DNA from: Mobula hypostoma
Taxonomy: Eukaryota
Assembly: GCF_963921235.1 (NCBI RefSeq)
Contig: NC_086107.1
Coordinates: forward strand, 98,644,001 to 98,708,000
Length of the DNA: 64,000 nucleotides
Reading direction: 5' to 3'
How positions within the stretch are numbered: position 1 is the first letter of the stretch; every line of letters begins with the position of its first letter. A program made the translations under genes and the position numbers. This document shows positions 13,344-27,045 of the stretch, piece after piece. The notes under the pieces were generated by a model. It was not told the DNA's origin and searched no databases. It was given only the letters and a program-made list of their open reading frames with translations.

Positions 13344-13363
13344 CGTGTATATAATATACATCT

Positions 13364-15208
13364 TTCATCACCATCATCATCATCATCATCATCAGGTGCC
13401 GTGCCCAGTTTGAGCTTTGACTGCCGTGGCCCACACACTCCTGTTTTGGGTCAAGTGGATCAATTCATTGGTATTCATTCCCAGTTCTCTGGCTGCTGTC
13501 TCCATCATCATTTGTCTTTGTCTTCCTCTTGCTTTCTTCCCTTCAATCTTTCCCATAATTACCATGCATTCTAACTCCTCTGTCCTAATCACATGTCCAA
13601 TGAAGTCACGTTGCCTTTTCATGATCTCATACATTATTTCTCTTTTTGTGTTTGCTCCTTATTGACATCCTCGTTAGATATTCATTTCGTCCATGATATT
13701 CTTTGCTTCCTCCTCAAAAACCACATTTCTGCTGCTTCAATTCGATTCCTCATGTTACTAGATATTGTCCAACATTCTGAGCCATATAACATAACTGGAT
13801 AAACGTAACATTTCAGTACTCTGAGACGGGTTGTCATGCCTAGTTTAGTATTGGTCAGTATACTCTTCATTATCGTAAAGGTGTCTTTTGCCATCCCTAT
13901 TCTTCTTTTGATGTCCATGTCGCACCTGCCATCTGATGTCACCCAGCTTCCTAAGCAGCAAAAGTTCTGTACTTGTTTTATGTCTTCCCCGTTTATTCTC
14001 AGCCTGCAGATAGGATTCTCCTTCTTTTTGGATATCACCATACATTCTGTCTTTTTGCAATTGATAGATAGACCCATTTTTGCACTTTCTTCAACAATTG
14101 TATCAATTAAATTTTGTAGTTCTTCCTTCGTACTTGCAATTAACACAGTGTCATCTGCATATCTGAAATTATTGAAGTTTTCACTGCCAACTTTGATTCC
14201 CAAGATGTCTCTTATTTTTTGTAATATTGTTTCACTGTACGCATTAAATAAATCAGGGAAGAAAACACACCCTTGTCTAACGCCTCTCTTGATTTTTATA
14301 AACTAACTGACTTCTCCATCTATTCTTACAGCGGCAGTTTGTTCCCAATACAGATTTCTGATTAGGTGGAGGTCTTTCGAATCTAGATCTAAAGTTTTCC
14401 GTAATATTTCAAATAACTTTTATGTAGTGGATAAAACAAACAAACAAATCTTTTTGCACTTGAATAGCTCATTCTGATAGTATCCTTAACATCAATATTG
14501 CATTTTTTGTATCTTTGTCTTTCACAAAACCACATTGTTCTTTACCCATTTCAGCTTGTATCTTACTTTTAGCTCTTGTCATCAAAATTCTTAGAAGTAT
14601 CTTGGTGATATGACTCGTTAAACTTATGGGCCTATGTAATCCACATTCTATTGCTCCAGGTTTCTTAAGAAGAATGATAAACACTGATTTTTTCATCTCT
14701 TCTGATATTATTCCAGTCTCATAAATGTCATTGATTAAATCAGTAAGTTTTTCAATTCCATAATCTTCAAGGGCGATAATTTGTTCTATTACTAATTCAT
14801 CAGGACCTGCTGCCTTTCCTTTCTTCATCTTATATATTGCATTACGAACTTCAGATTTTAAAATACTTGGACCTTCAATCTTTTTCTTAGTTTCTGGTTT
14901 TTCACCTCAGTCATCTTCAAACAATTCCTGAATATACTCAGTCCATCTGTTCATAATCTCATCTTTTTCCATGATAGTGGTACTGTCCTTTGCTTTCAAA
15001 CATCCACCTGAAGAACAGAGGAGCTTTTTACCAATGATAGTCTTGATTTGTTGATGTAACCTTTTTGGATCAGTAATAGGGATTCTTTCTATTTGCTCAC
15101 ATTCCTGGTTTAACTATTCTTCTTTGGCTTTTTGACATAAGTTTTTAACTTTTTTATCTAAGGACTTACATTCTATAGGATTTGCTTTCTTCTGTCTCCT
15201 TTCTTTCT
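13364..15208 (-). mobile_element. 5'-truncated RTE-clade LINE, relatively young
   Basis: GKAAGPDE...RPISLTSHITK...EQCGF, NNFRYADD, YGSECWT, GKIEGKKARGRQR; (GAT)n tail; 10-bp TSD ATATACATCT (13354-13363, 15209-15218). Confidence 0.9.
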
Positions 15209-15229
15209 ATATACATCTCTAATAGATTA

Positions 15230-15725
15230 TATGGTAGTGAGACAACATTTCTCCGAACCAGGGTGTATAGCGCAGTAGTACACATAACACACACTCATAT
15301 GATAACTTATGATGGTAAGGATAAAATCTACAGATGAATAACAAGCAAAAGTGCATAAATTAAATATTGCAAAGTATGGAACAGATTAACCAGTGACACT
15401 TCAAAAATAATGCGGCAGGGAGTTCAGAAGGCTAATGGCCTGAGGGAATAAACTGTTTCTCATCCTGACCATTCTTGTCTTTCCAGTTTGATGGTAGAAA
15501 GTCAAAGGGGCTGATGGATGGGTAGGGTTCTTAATAATACTCAGGGCCCCGCGTACGCAGTGCTCCTGATAAATGTCCCCGATGGATGGTAGGGAGACCC
15601 CTATGATCCTCTCAGCTGTTCTCACAGCCCTTTGTAGGGATTTCCGGCCTGATACTCAGCACCACATGGAGATGCAACTTGTTAGGGCGCTCCCAATGGT
15701 GCTCCTGTAAAACGCAACATGCTAT
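15230..15725 (-). mobile_element. Rex1/Babar-type LINE 3' fragment
   Basis: RTAERIIGVSLPSIGDIY...RNSLFPQAISLLN. Confidence 0.8.
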
Positions 15726-16722
15726 GTAATACATTAGGGAGATTTAAGAGACTCTTAGATAGGCACGTGGATGAAAGAAAAATTGAGAGCTATGGGCTAT
15801 GTTAGATTGTAGCAAATGTTTATATAGATAGACACAACATTGTAGGCCGAAGGGCCTGTAATGACGATAGTCTGTGTTTGCTTCAATATTCTGTGTGACA
15901 CATGGTTCTATCGAAGTGTATGTTAGAATGAGCACACACTGTCTCTGACTGTACTCTGGTACCTTGGCTGGGACATAGTACATCCCATGGATGGTCTGAG
16001 GGCCACAGACATAAGCACTCAAAGTTAATGTTGTCAGAGCTGGCTGACTACACAAATATCCCATTTATTGATAGGACAAATATGTTTATAAGCATGTATG
16101 AGCCGCTCAGTGGCAAAATAACTTGGCTGGTATCTGATGCCTGTTTTGTATGCGGGCAAATTAACACAGCTCCATTGTCTGGTGTTTGGCTGTTGCTTAT
16201 ATGAGCATGTCATGCCAATCATTTCTGTTCACCAGCGCCCTACTGTTAGATATTGCTCTATAGACAGTTTGTTTACAAAACTGTCCTATTAATTTCAAAC
16301 TCATTACAGCTAGCAATTTATATTCAAGCTGGTCTTCCTGAAGTCTGGTTCTCATATGAATAATTGGCTGCATTATCGGTTGCTCCTGAATCCCTAACAT
16401 GGTGTACCACAGGGACTGGTGCTGGGACCCTTACTGTTATGAGCATTAATCATTTGGAGGTAAATGCAGGAGAGATGTTTCCCATGGGCATCGAGGATTG
16501 GTGGTATGGTTAATTAATGGACAGAGCGACGGCAGGGATGGAATTTAATTACTTATTAGTGTGTGGCTGAGTAGTTTTCTTTGGAGCAGGGGAAGCTGGA
16601 CGGAGGGTGGTCATATACTAAATTTAGGGACCTAGATAGAAACTTTTCCTCAGAGCAGGGGTGTCTAAAACCATAGAGCTGAGGTTTAAGGTGGGAGATG
16701 ATGAGGTGTAGTGGAGGTGGTT

Positions 16723-17000
16723 GGGGCAGCATGGTAGAGTAATGGTTAGCAGAATGCTTTATGGTACCAGAGGACCCGGGTTCAATTCCCGCCACTGCCT
16801 GTAAGGAGTTTGTACGTTCTCCCCGTGACCACGTGGGTTTCCTCCAGGTGCTCCGGTTTCCTCCCACAGTCCAAAGACGTACCAGTTGGTAGGTTAATTG
16901 GGCGTTGTAACTTGTCCCGTGATTGGGCTGGGATTAAATTAGAGGATTGCTGGGTGGAAGGGCGGGAAGGGCTTACTCCACACTGTATCTCGATAAATAA
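16723..17000 (+). mobile_element. HE1/V-SINE-type SINE
   Basis: A box TGGTAGAGTAATGG, B box GGTTCAATTCC, V-domain core GGGTTTCCTCCAGGTGCTCCGGTTTCCTCCCACAGTCCAAAGAC, tail ATAAATAAAT. Confidence 0.85.
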
Positions 17001-17904
17001 ATGGAGGATCTGAGGAAAAATTTTACCTGCTAGAGAACAGTTGGAATATCAGATGCACTGCTGATTAAATCTTGGAAGTGGGCAACTTTTAAGTGGCTAA
17101 GTGAGTACTTGAATCACCAAGGCACAGCAGGCTAAGGTCGAGGTGCAGAAAATGAAATCAGCAAGAATGGATGCCTGAGGGTACGCACAGGCATTGTGGG
17201 CCGAAGGATCTTCCTGGAACTCTGACTCTAATCTGAACTGTGGCGTCAGTGCTTAGAGCCTGCAAGCAATTTTCATTTTGCAGGTAACTTTGGCATGTGT
17301 TAGCCACAATTGCTTGTTCCTTGATGCAAGGAGTGCTGGGATGACTGTGTTAAATATCGCAGGTATTATTGATAGTGTTGGATCCTGGCAACTTTGCGAC
17401 CCAAAGGTTCTTTGGAAGTTGAGAATGAGGCATAAAACTCGTTGCGTACAGCCATTTTATTCAATGTGACAAAAACAAAGAGTTGAACCAAAAAAGAGCC
17501 AAGAAAACAAAGAAAAAGGGAAAAAACTGGCCAAATCGTATTCAGACTAGAAATACCAAAATTCCAATGGTAACAGTTAACCAGATTCAAGTGGCATCAC
17601 ACCTGGCACTAAAAACTTAGAAGCTTCTAGAAAAATACAGAAGCAACTGTGCAAAAAATACTGAACAATGACATGTACATACTGTAGGCAATTATATAAA
17701 TTACAAGCAAGCACAGGAAAGTTAAAGAGAAAAAAACGAGGAAAGATTACAATTCTGCACCCTCAAATATAAGGCCAGGTTCAGGAACTGTTATTACCCT
17801 TCAACCGTTAGACTCCTGAGCCAGAATGGATAACCTCACTCACCTCAACTCTGAACTGATTCCACAACCTGTGGACTCACTTTCAGGGTCTCTACCCTGA
17901 GCAC

Positions 17905-18175
17905 TGAGCACCATCTCTGCCGAACGCTTCGACCCCAGCCCCGGCTGCCAGCAGCAGGCAAAGCCGAGGATTTTGGGGCCTTCCCTCCGGAGATTCTTGA
18001 TCGCACAGTAGCAGCGGCAGTGAACCAGGCACTTCAGAAGTTACTCCAGATGTTCCTCCGTGCTTCTCACGGCTGTCTCCATCAAATCAGAATTGTGCAC
18101 GGCTCCTATTTAACAAATACGATATTTCACCGGAGAGGCTACGCGCGCTGCGTCGTGCCGCCATGTTCTCCTCCC
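17905..18175 (-). mobile_element. Non-coding LINE-dependent repeat, 5' part of copy 2
   Basis: Matches 9357-9555; the 5' end GGAGGAGAACATGGCGGC carries a YY1-like ATGGCG motif as in LINE 5' ends. Confidence 0.6.
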
Positions 18176-19206
18176 GCCTTTTACGTACTTTGAGAGGATC
18201 AATAAAGTTCGTGCACTTTGAGAGGCATGATAAAGGTAGCGCATACACAATGGTGGGACCCTTGTGACTGGAACGGAGACTGCTTGGTGTACATACGTCA
18301 GACCCTTGAAGTTGTCAGGACAGTTATATAAAGTGGTGAAGAAAACATACAGGATGCTGCATGTATGGGTGAGGCATGAAACATGAAAGAAGGGCAATAC
18401 GGTACAAATATATAAAAATGTTGGTTAGGACACAGCTGGTCACCACATCATCGGAAGCATGTGACTGCACTGAAGAGGGCACAGAGTAGATTCCAGAAAG
18501 TTGGGTGGGTTGGAATGTTTTGTTTTATCAGGAAATGCCTGGGATGCTGTGTTTGTTTTACTTGAAGAGGAACCGTCTGAGATGACCCAATTTAGGCTAT
18601 ACAAAATTATAGCGTAGATAGTAGGGAACAATTTTCCCCTTGTCAGAGAAGTCTTAAAATTGAGGGCACGGATTGAGTGTTAAAGAGAAAGAGGTTTAGA
18701 AGGAGATGTAAGAAAATTTTTTTTCACCCAGGGAGCGGCTGAAATCTGGAATGCACTGACTGAGGAGCCAGTGAAGGCAGATTTTCATATTTTGATTTGT
18801 TCTGAATGGACTTGGTGACCTAGTGAGCCTCCGCAGCCTCTGGGATTGAGAATTCCAAAGGCGCACCACCATCTGAGTGAAGAAGTCTTTTTTTCTAGAT
18901 GTGGCAGGTGAAGTTTAATGCAGAGAAAGTTTGTGTGTGTGTTTCCGACTCCCACATGCATTGCGGTTACATCACAGCCTAGAGATCTGAATGCAAGTTA
19001 GGTTCAGCACAAGATCTTACTCTGTAGTCTTACTTTAAAAGCCCCTCTGGTAGAGAGGCCTTCCCATAACCCAAAGTGACCCTAATTTTAAATGTTAAAA
19101 ACTGAGATTATTTTTCAGATGCAATTTTGGGGCACTCATTACTTGTTTTTGCTCTTTATGACACATTGGGCATTTTTTTTTGCTGTTTCCTTAACCATTT
19201 CCCTGT

Positions 19207-19330
19207 TTTTACGAGGCCGAGTTGTTAGCTCGACACTCAACCCAGCTCGGCATGCAAAGGGCCGGCTGGATTTTGAATCCAGGACCATTCGCCCCAAGGT
19301 CCAGTGCTGATGCCACTACACCACCGGCCA
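19207..19330 (-). mobile_element. tRNA-derived SINE (second family; other copies ~25645-25800 +, 28555-28690 -, 46540-46680 -)
   Basis: Shared motif GAGGCCGAGTTG.TAGCTCGACACTCAACCC plus a B-box-like GGATTCGAAC in four copies. Confidence 0.65.
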
Positions 19331-20233
19331 GCAATTACTTGAGTAGACCTGGAATTTTTGGTCTACCTGAACCTCAGCAGGAAACCGAGAATCTGTGCAG
19401 TTTCTATAGGAGACTAGTAATTATTTAAACCAGCTAGATAAATTGCAAAAGAGAAGGAGAGAGAGAACCAGTTTTGGTGAGATGCCCAAAGAAATGTCTT
19501 AGGTGCCAGATGCATCTGGTGGAACAGGACGAAGTTTACATATTAACCTAATATTGGCTAAAGTTTGAAGACAAAATGTGAAGCCTGCATCATAGCATTA
19601 TCACACCTGGTTTCAACACTTCTGGGGAGAAAGCCACGTGTTGAATTCCCTTTTAAATTGACAAGTGTGGAGAAGCCAACAGATAATGCTGGTCAAGGAA
19701 CTACGAAGGAAAAAATTCTAAAAGGTTGTAGACTAGTTGCCTACAATGACTGTTCGGAGTCTTACAAAGCAGCCAACAAAGCATTAGATCTTGTACCCAA
19801 TAAACTAATGGCAGGTATTACTTTAGTGCGAGCAGGTTTTTCAGCAAGCTTTACCAGTAACTCTGAGGTACTAAAGCAGGTGAATTGAAAGCCTATATTA
19901 ATACATCATACATTTGGGAAAATGCTGAGTAGTTACACTTGACAACTAATATGTGAGAGAACTTGTCAAGGGAGTTTGCTTTGGATTTATTCAAATTAGG
20001 AAATGGGGGAAATTAAACACCAAGTCTCAACAAGAATGAAACACACTTGGGCCGAATAGCAAGCTATTTTCCCCAATCTTACCTAAAGCAATTTGTGGTT
20101 GTGCAGGGTGAAGGAATTTGTGCGTTTGGCATGCACTCAGGATCTAACTTTCATGTGGGGCTCATCCCACTTCTCAAATTCCTCCTCACATTCTCAATTG
20201 CCTGATTTATACCAAGCTAATATTACTCTAGAG

Positions 20234-20316
20234 CAGGAGTTCCCAACCTTTTTTTTAATGCAATGGACCCCTACCATTAACTGAGGGGTTGGTGGTCTTC
20301 AATTTGGGAGCCGCTT
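20234..20316. mobile_element. Tiny hAT/Charlie-type MITE (related copy ~23161-23233)
   Basis: Ends CAGGAGTTCCCAA...TTGGGAGCCGCTT; 8-bp TSD CTCTAGAG (20226-20233) / CTCTAAAG (20317-20324). Confidence 0.65.
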
Positions 20317-20627
20317 CTCTAAAGCTTTACAACTGCCAACAGTGCTTTCTGACTTTTCAGTCTTTTCTAAGCTCAACCCAAATGGATTGTCAATGTACAC
20401 CACTGTCTTAAACCATGGCTGTTTCTCACCACTGCACAGATCTCCTTCCTGTTGGCACTGGAGATGATATTGTGAAGGAGGTTTTTTGGAAGTCAAGAAT
20501 AAGGTGCAAGTGTTGTGGTTACAGCTGTTTTATTAGATGTTGGAAACAAATAATAGTAGAACACAGCAGCAGGTAACTTACTCTTAACTATAACCAACTG
20601 ACTCTAACAAAGAACCTTCCCCATGGT

Positions 20628-20795
20628 AACTCAGCAGGCCAGGGAGCATCTACAGAAAAGAGTAAAGAGGAGTCTCAGCGTGAAACGTTGACAGTTTGCT
20701 CTATCCACAGATACTGCCTGGCCTGCTGAGTTCCTCCAGCATTTTGTGTGCATTGCTTTGGATTTCCAGCATCTGCAGACTTTTCTCATGTTTGT
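20628..20795. mobile_element. Penelope-derived palindromic element, centre deleted
   Basis: AACTCAGCAGGCCAGG...CCTGGCCTGCTGAGTT inverted arms; TSD GAACCTTCCCCATGGT (20612-20627) / GAACCTTCCTCGTGGT (20796-20811). Confidence 0.75.
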
Positions 20796-23700
20796 GAACC
20801 TTCCTCGTGGTCCTTCTTTATACTGGAAATTGGTTTAACCTGGACAGACAACAAATAAAGTCTTTATTTATGCTGCCATGACATCTCGGGCATATGGACA
20901 GAACTACAGATCTGAAAGAGCTACGCTGCAAATCACTGAAAATCCACCGAACATTTACTAGTGAGTAATTATATAAACATGTAAGCAGGCATATTGAAAG
21001 TTAAACTGTAAGAAGCATTACAGTAACAATTTAACCCCAAATCCAACGCTTATTAATTGTGCTCCACCGCCAGCTTTGCCTGTACTGTTTAAATGTTGAG
21101 TTCCCAGCTTCGGTCATATTTCTTGGTAATAGCTGTTAGATCATTCCCATTTGTTTTTGCTCGTCTATTTATATTGCAAGTGGCTTCTCTGTCCTTTAAT
21201 TCCCTTTGACGTTCCGAAGCTTAGTTCAAACTTTCCCAATATCTCTGGCAAATGCCCACGAGGATATTGGTTCCCTGCCCTGCTGGGGGACATCCCACCT
21301 CATTTTAACAGGGGCCCATCTGCCTCTGAAACCTGAACTCCCCCCTTCCTTTAGTGCCTTCCAACCACACTGTCACTTGCTCCGTACTGGCTGATCCGTG
21401 ATACCGAGGCAGTTTGTGATTTTTATTCTCTACTCTTCCAGATTCTTTTCTTCCTACACGGCCTTTCTCGCTATGTTACTGTTACAAATGTCAGTCACGC
21501 CCTTCCCTTTCAGGGAACTGCACCTTTTCAATGATATTGTTGAAGCTGGTTCCAGGAAGAAAGCTTGTCATTCTGAAACCAGTTCAATAGTCAACAATGT
21601 GCCTGTCCGTTTTAACACATTGCACTTTCAGCCTTCCTTGCCTGTTATACAGTTGAGTGTCTTAACAGTGCAATGCCCCCGGGACTGACTGCACTCTTCT
21701 AAGCAAGCGTCACCACCAGTAGGACACCAAAAGAGAGGTGGGGTGGGGGGTGGAAAAACGGTCCTTCAGATTGATTCAGAGTGTGCCAACGTGACCTGCC
21801 TGCTCACACTTGATCTGTGCTGTGACCACCTTATTGTCTCTATACAAATACCAAGATAAATTAAGTTTAGACAACAACTTAAATTATATTATCATGCATA
21901 AACTCACTCAGACCGCTTCTCCAACTTGTAATACTGAAATAAGGGATCAATTGGCCAAATGATTGATTCTTCTCCTCCCTACCCTTGGCGTGGGTATCTT
22001 CCTTGCAATAAATAGTCTCGAGTTTTTGCTGCTTTGTATCCGAAGCACTTCATTTCGATGCTCTTATCAGCTCAAGCGGTTGCATTAGCTCTGGCTTATC
22101 TGGCTAACATATGTCAGCATTTCGTTGGCTCTGGTCCAAGGCATCATGCTTTATTACCCTTCTCTCATAAACAACCTGAACCCATGCCTCTGTCTTTGTC
22201 CTCTCTGAATCAGAACAGATCAGCAAGTTGCTGGGTTGGAGTTACTTCAGTCCCAGACAGACTGCCCTATTCCTAAACCTGCATGTTCTATATAATCAAA
22301 GGACATCTCACAAACAACTCGTTCAACGGACCATCAGTAGCGACCTCATCGTTTCCACTTTTAATTGCTTTGATCCAGCCATTCCTTAGCAAAACCGGTT
22401 CACAGAATGGAGTTTGCTGGGCAGTCTCACTGGATGGTGGCCTCCATTCCTCCCACCACATGGCAAGAACAAAGATATTTGGTTTGCCCACTTCCCCTGC
22501 CCTTGGCCTATTCCAGTTCCATATTATCTTTCATATCTTCACTCGATCACGACCAGCAGCATTGCACAGTAAGGTCAGACTTGTTCATGTTTGTGTTCCG
22601 CTTGGGTAGCTCACAACCCAAAGGCATGAACATGGAAATTTTCTAAAACCACACACACACACACACAAAATGCTGAGGGCAGTATGTGGTGACGTATGTC
22701 CTTCGATAAATTTACTTTGAATTTTGAATCCTCGCATAAAAGGGCTGTCCTACCTTTTCCTTTACTGATGCTGGATCCACCTGCATGTTGAGGTTCAATG
22801 ACCTTGTCTCCTGGAACATCCATGTTACACGATCTCTCACCATTTTCAAACTGCTTGGCTTTTCTTTTGCGCTCCAAAGTGAATAGCGTTACTTTTATTT
22901 TGTCGCACTGCATTGCACCTGCCATCTTGACTGCTTGCACAGCTTTGCCCATTTCCTTGATGTCTGTTGGTACTCACCTCCCTATTTGGATTCCTTGGAA
23001 ATGTGCTATGTAGCAAACTCAACCTAACGGCTGACGTAGGTCGTGAATGGCCAAAGATGGATCACAGTCTTCCATCTTGCAAAATAAATGTTTATTCCCA
23101 TCTTCTTTCTCCCTTCTAACCAATTCTTAATCTACACTACTACCAGATTATCACCGTCATCAGGACTTCCTGGCTTGGGGTCCATGGACCTCTTGTTATT
23201 GGTCCATGACATAAAAATGGTTGGGAACCCTTGCTCCTTTGTAACCACCTAACTTTGTTAAAAAACTTCCGAAAATCCAAATACATCACATGCACTTATT
23301 CCCCCTTCTCTATTTCACCAAATACAACCTTAAAGAATCCCAGTAGATTGGGGCACAACTAGCAGAGCCAATGCCTCTCTGCTTTAATAATACAAGTTCA
23401 ATCCTGCCTGGAGTTTGCAATTTCTGCATGTTTTTTTTTGTTTCTCTCGTCCCTGCCCACATCCTAAAGATGTGCAGACTGGCAGGGTAATCAGCCGCTT
23501 TAAGTTGCCACTAGCGAGATTTCCCTTTGGACTTGGAGGCGATTCGATGTGGCCAGGTCAAGGCAGTGTGCCAGCCGTCGAGTGTGAGGAAGGCTCAAGA
23601 TTCGATCGTTTTAGGCACCATGCCAAAGGCCGAATCGAAGCCCCAAGGTCAGGGCACCAGACTGTATCCGATCGACCGAACTCGGATGTTTGGACGGAAA

Positions 23701-24048
23701 GTTGAGCACGGGGCTGAATCGAGGTGGTGGGGTCCAGGTGTCAGAGTGTATGGAGGTGATTGAACACAATATTTAGATGTTGATTTAGACACGGTGCCAG
23801 ATTGAAAAAGATCAGAGTGTCGGGGCCCGAGGCAAGAGCAGATCGCTGCTCCACACCTTGGCTCTGCCTGAACTATGGAACTCTCGTTGCAGACTTCAGT
23901 TAAGAATGCTACTTGCGTTACTGTTTGCATGATGTGTTTTTTTTTTCTCTCTCTGCACATTGGGTGTTCGGTCTTTTATAGGTTCTTTTGGGTTCCTTTG
24001 TTTCATGGCTGCCTGTTGGGGAGATAAATCTCAAGGTTGATTAAAGTA

Positions 24049-24651
24049 AGGTTGTTGGCATCCATCTGTCTCGAAGGATAATGGGTGAAGATCATCATCA
24101 CGAGCCTGGCCGGAGGGTATGGAGATCCTGAGATGCCCAGTCGTCAAGATCCCCCTCTCGGCCTCACCAGTGAAGTCCAAGGGAAAGCTTCTGGAGCAAT
24201 ACGTTTGGCAGCAGCTTGGCTGCAGGAACTGCCGGAAGGATGTTCAATGACGTCCAGCCGCCTTAGGGGCTCCACTCCGGATTTGCTGTCTGGGTTTATT
24301 CCCGTAGCCTTCGTCTCTCCTGAGGCTGCCCACAAAACAGTGGGGCTATTTTACCCATAGCTGGGGATCTGGTCCATAAACACCAGGGCGTGTCCACACA
24401 CTGGTGGGCCTGCGTGCTACGTGTGCAGGGGCCAGGCCTCTGTACTTCAGCCTGAGTGCGAAAGGAGCTCAGTTTCTGTGTTGTCGCCAGCGAGGAGGTG
24501 CTACATGAGGCTTGTTGTTGGAGGGGCTTACACATTCAGTTCTCCTTTTCGCAAGACTGCTAGCCAGCCGTGGAAGCTGAAAGTGAGAACAACAAGCACC
24601 ATCCACTGCGCTACCACACTAGACGCGTCACAGCAACTATTCTGACGCCAA
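24049..24651 (-). mobile_element. Non-autonomous RTE-derived element, copy 2
   Basis: Collinear with 1778-2396; degenerate TSD TGATTAAAGTA (24038-24048) / TGAATAATGTA (24652-24662). Confidence 0.7.
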
Positions 24652-26221
24652 TGAATAATGTATAAATACTTTGATAATAAATGTACTTTGAATTTTATTT
24701 TAACTTAAGTGGTAGAATCTGGGGAGAGTCGATGAGGACGTAGGGAGTGGAACTGGAAATGGCAGGGCAGTTCACACTGGATCCCTTGTTCCAATGTGCA
24801 GGACAGTACTTAGCTGGAGTGTTGCTCTGCTCGTTCAGTATTAGAGTAGCTCTGGTGTCTGGATGTCATCATTACTGTTGCTAACCAAGCGGGCGTAGTA
24901 CTCAAAGCTGGTACAATTACGGTAATTTTAATCACCAGTGAGGGTTTCCTTTACCTTGTGTAATCTGATGTATTACATTTAGAGGCTCTTTAGTCCCAAG
25001 GTTGGCATTGCAAGAGGAGTTGACCGAGCGCAGAGAGCTGGAATCGGTTTGTTATTGAGGTACAGTGAAAAGCTTGTCTTGTATGCTGTTCCTACAGATC
25101 AATTCGTTGCACAGTGCATCGAGAAGTGCAAGGTAAAACAATAACAGCGGAATGAAGTGTCACAATTAAAAAGAGGAACTGCAGCGCAGGCAATAAGCTG
25201 GAAGAAAATAATGAAGCTGGTTGTGAGGTCAGGAGTGTGTTATTGTACAAGGAAACCAATTACTAATCCTATAACAGCGGGATAGAAACAGTCTTTCAGT
25301 TGTGGTACATGCTTGCAGGCTCTTGAATCTGCTACTCGAAGGGAAAGTTGGGGGAGAAGGTGGGTGGATGGGGGTCTTTGTTTATACCAGCTGCTTTGAT
25401 TGTTTGGAGAAAAGTTCTCCCCCTCCGAAATGACATGACAGCAGGAATCTAGGTGAGTGAATGTGTCATGGCACAGCAGTGGTGTTTGACGCTTCTTGGT
25501 TTCTTAACTAGGAGAATTAGCTGATGTTGCCTCGTGCTGAAAGTTTACTTAACAATGATCACACTATTATTGAAAACTTTCTGAGTGTTATTGCAGCGCT
25601 TTTAATGTTACCACTTATAAATTACCAGTTCTCACAGTTGAGTCTGTGCCAGTGGTGCACTTCAGAGCAAGAGGTCCCGGCTTCGAATCCGGCCCGGCTC
25701 CTTGCACAAGTTCCACCCGCGCTGGGTTGAGCATCGAACCAGCAACTCAGCCTCGTAAAACAAATGCGAAAGAAACTGCAAGGTTGCTGCCCCATGCACC
25801 TCATGGCATGGGGAGGTACTTCCAGTTGAGTTGGGGGTCCTTCGTGGGGTCCAAGAACCCCATGAGCCACCAGTCCCTCAGTTCTCCATTACACTGTCTC
25901 CAATGACCATGCAGAAAGCAATGGTTAAAGTGCTGGGTTCAGTATTCTGGAGTCTCCAATTTAACAATCTAGAGTTAGGAGCTCAAATCCCATCTCAGCA
26001 GCTATGAAATTTAAATAGGGGTTAATTAAGGCTATAATTAATGACCACTGGCTCATAAATGTCCAGAAGGGAACAAAATCTGCTTTTTAGCCTGTCTGCC
26101 TCGTGTGTTGACTCCATCTCCACAACAGCGCAGTTTGCTCTTCTCTCCTAAGTTCGGTTGTATCAAAACTGCCAAATTAACACAATGTGATTAAAACTGT
26201 GGATCATCTGGCATCTGCCCA

Positions 26222-27045
26222 GAACATAGAACAGGAGCAGGCCCTTCTAATTAAATCACTAATTAAATTCATAATTAAATGCCCAACTAAACTAATCCCT
26301 TCTGCTGACACAATGTCCATATCCTTCCATTTCTTGCATATTCATGTGCCAATCTGAGAGCCTCCTGATATCAGCTCTGTTGTCTCCAACAGGCGTTCCA
26401 GTATGAAAAAAAACCTTGCATTGCACATAGTTAAATTTTCTCCCTCTCATCTTAAAATGTTTGCCCTCTGGTACTTTAACCCTGGGGAATAAATACAGAC
26501 TGTCTCCTTTATCTACGCTGCTCATAATCCTATAGGTCTGTCCTCAGCCTCCACTGCTCCAGAGAAAGCAACCCAAGTTTTAGCTCATCTGGACAGCATC
26601 CTGGTAAACTTTTTAACTTTGCCCTGCCCTAAGCCTCAGCATCCTTCCCGTAAAGGGGCAACCAGAATTGAATGCAATACTCCAAATGCAGCCAAGCTAT
26701 AGGGTTTTATAAAGCGGCAACATAACTTCCCGACTCTTGAACTTGGTTCCTCAACTAATAAAGATAAGCATGCCAAATGCTTTCTTTACCACCCTATCAA
26801 TCTGTGTAGCCACTTTGAGGGAACTGTTAAGTTCTTGCCATTTATATTTCATCTCACAAAGTACAACACTTCACACTTGGGTGGATTAAACTGTATCCGC
26901 CATTTCTCTGCCCATATCTGCATTCATCTATATCTCACAGTATTCTTTGCCAGTCTTCTACATTATCTACAACACCACCAATCTTCATATCATCTGGAAA
27001 CTTACTAACTCACCCATCTACATTTTCAATCAGATCATTTCTATC
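26222..27045 (-). mobile_element. Decayed CR1 3' fragment
   Basis: Similar to the other CR1 3' ends; LFPRVK...MQEMEGYG peptide. Confidence 0.75.

Noticed and set aside
16723..16795. tRNA gene
   Set aside because: The A/B boxes belong to a SINE head followed by the V-domain core; no complete cloverleaf.
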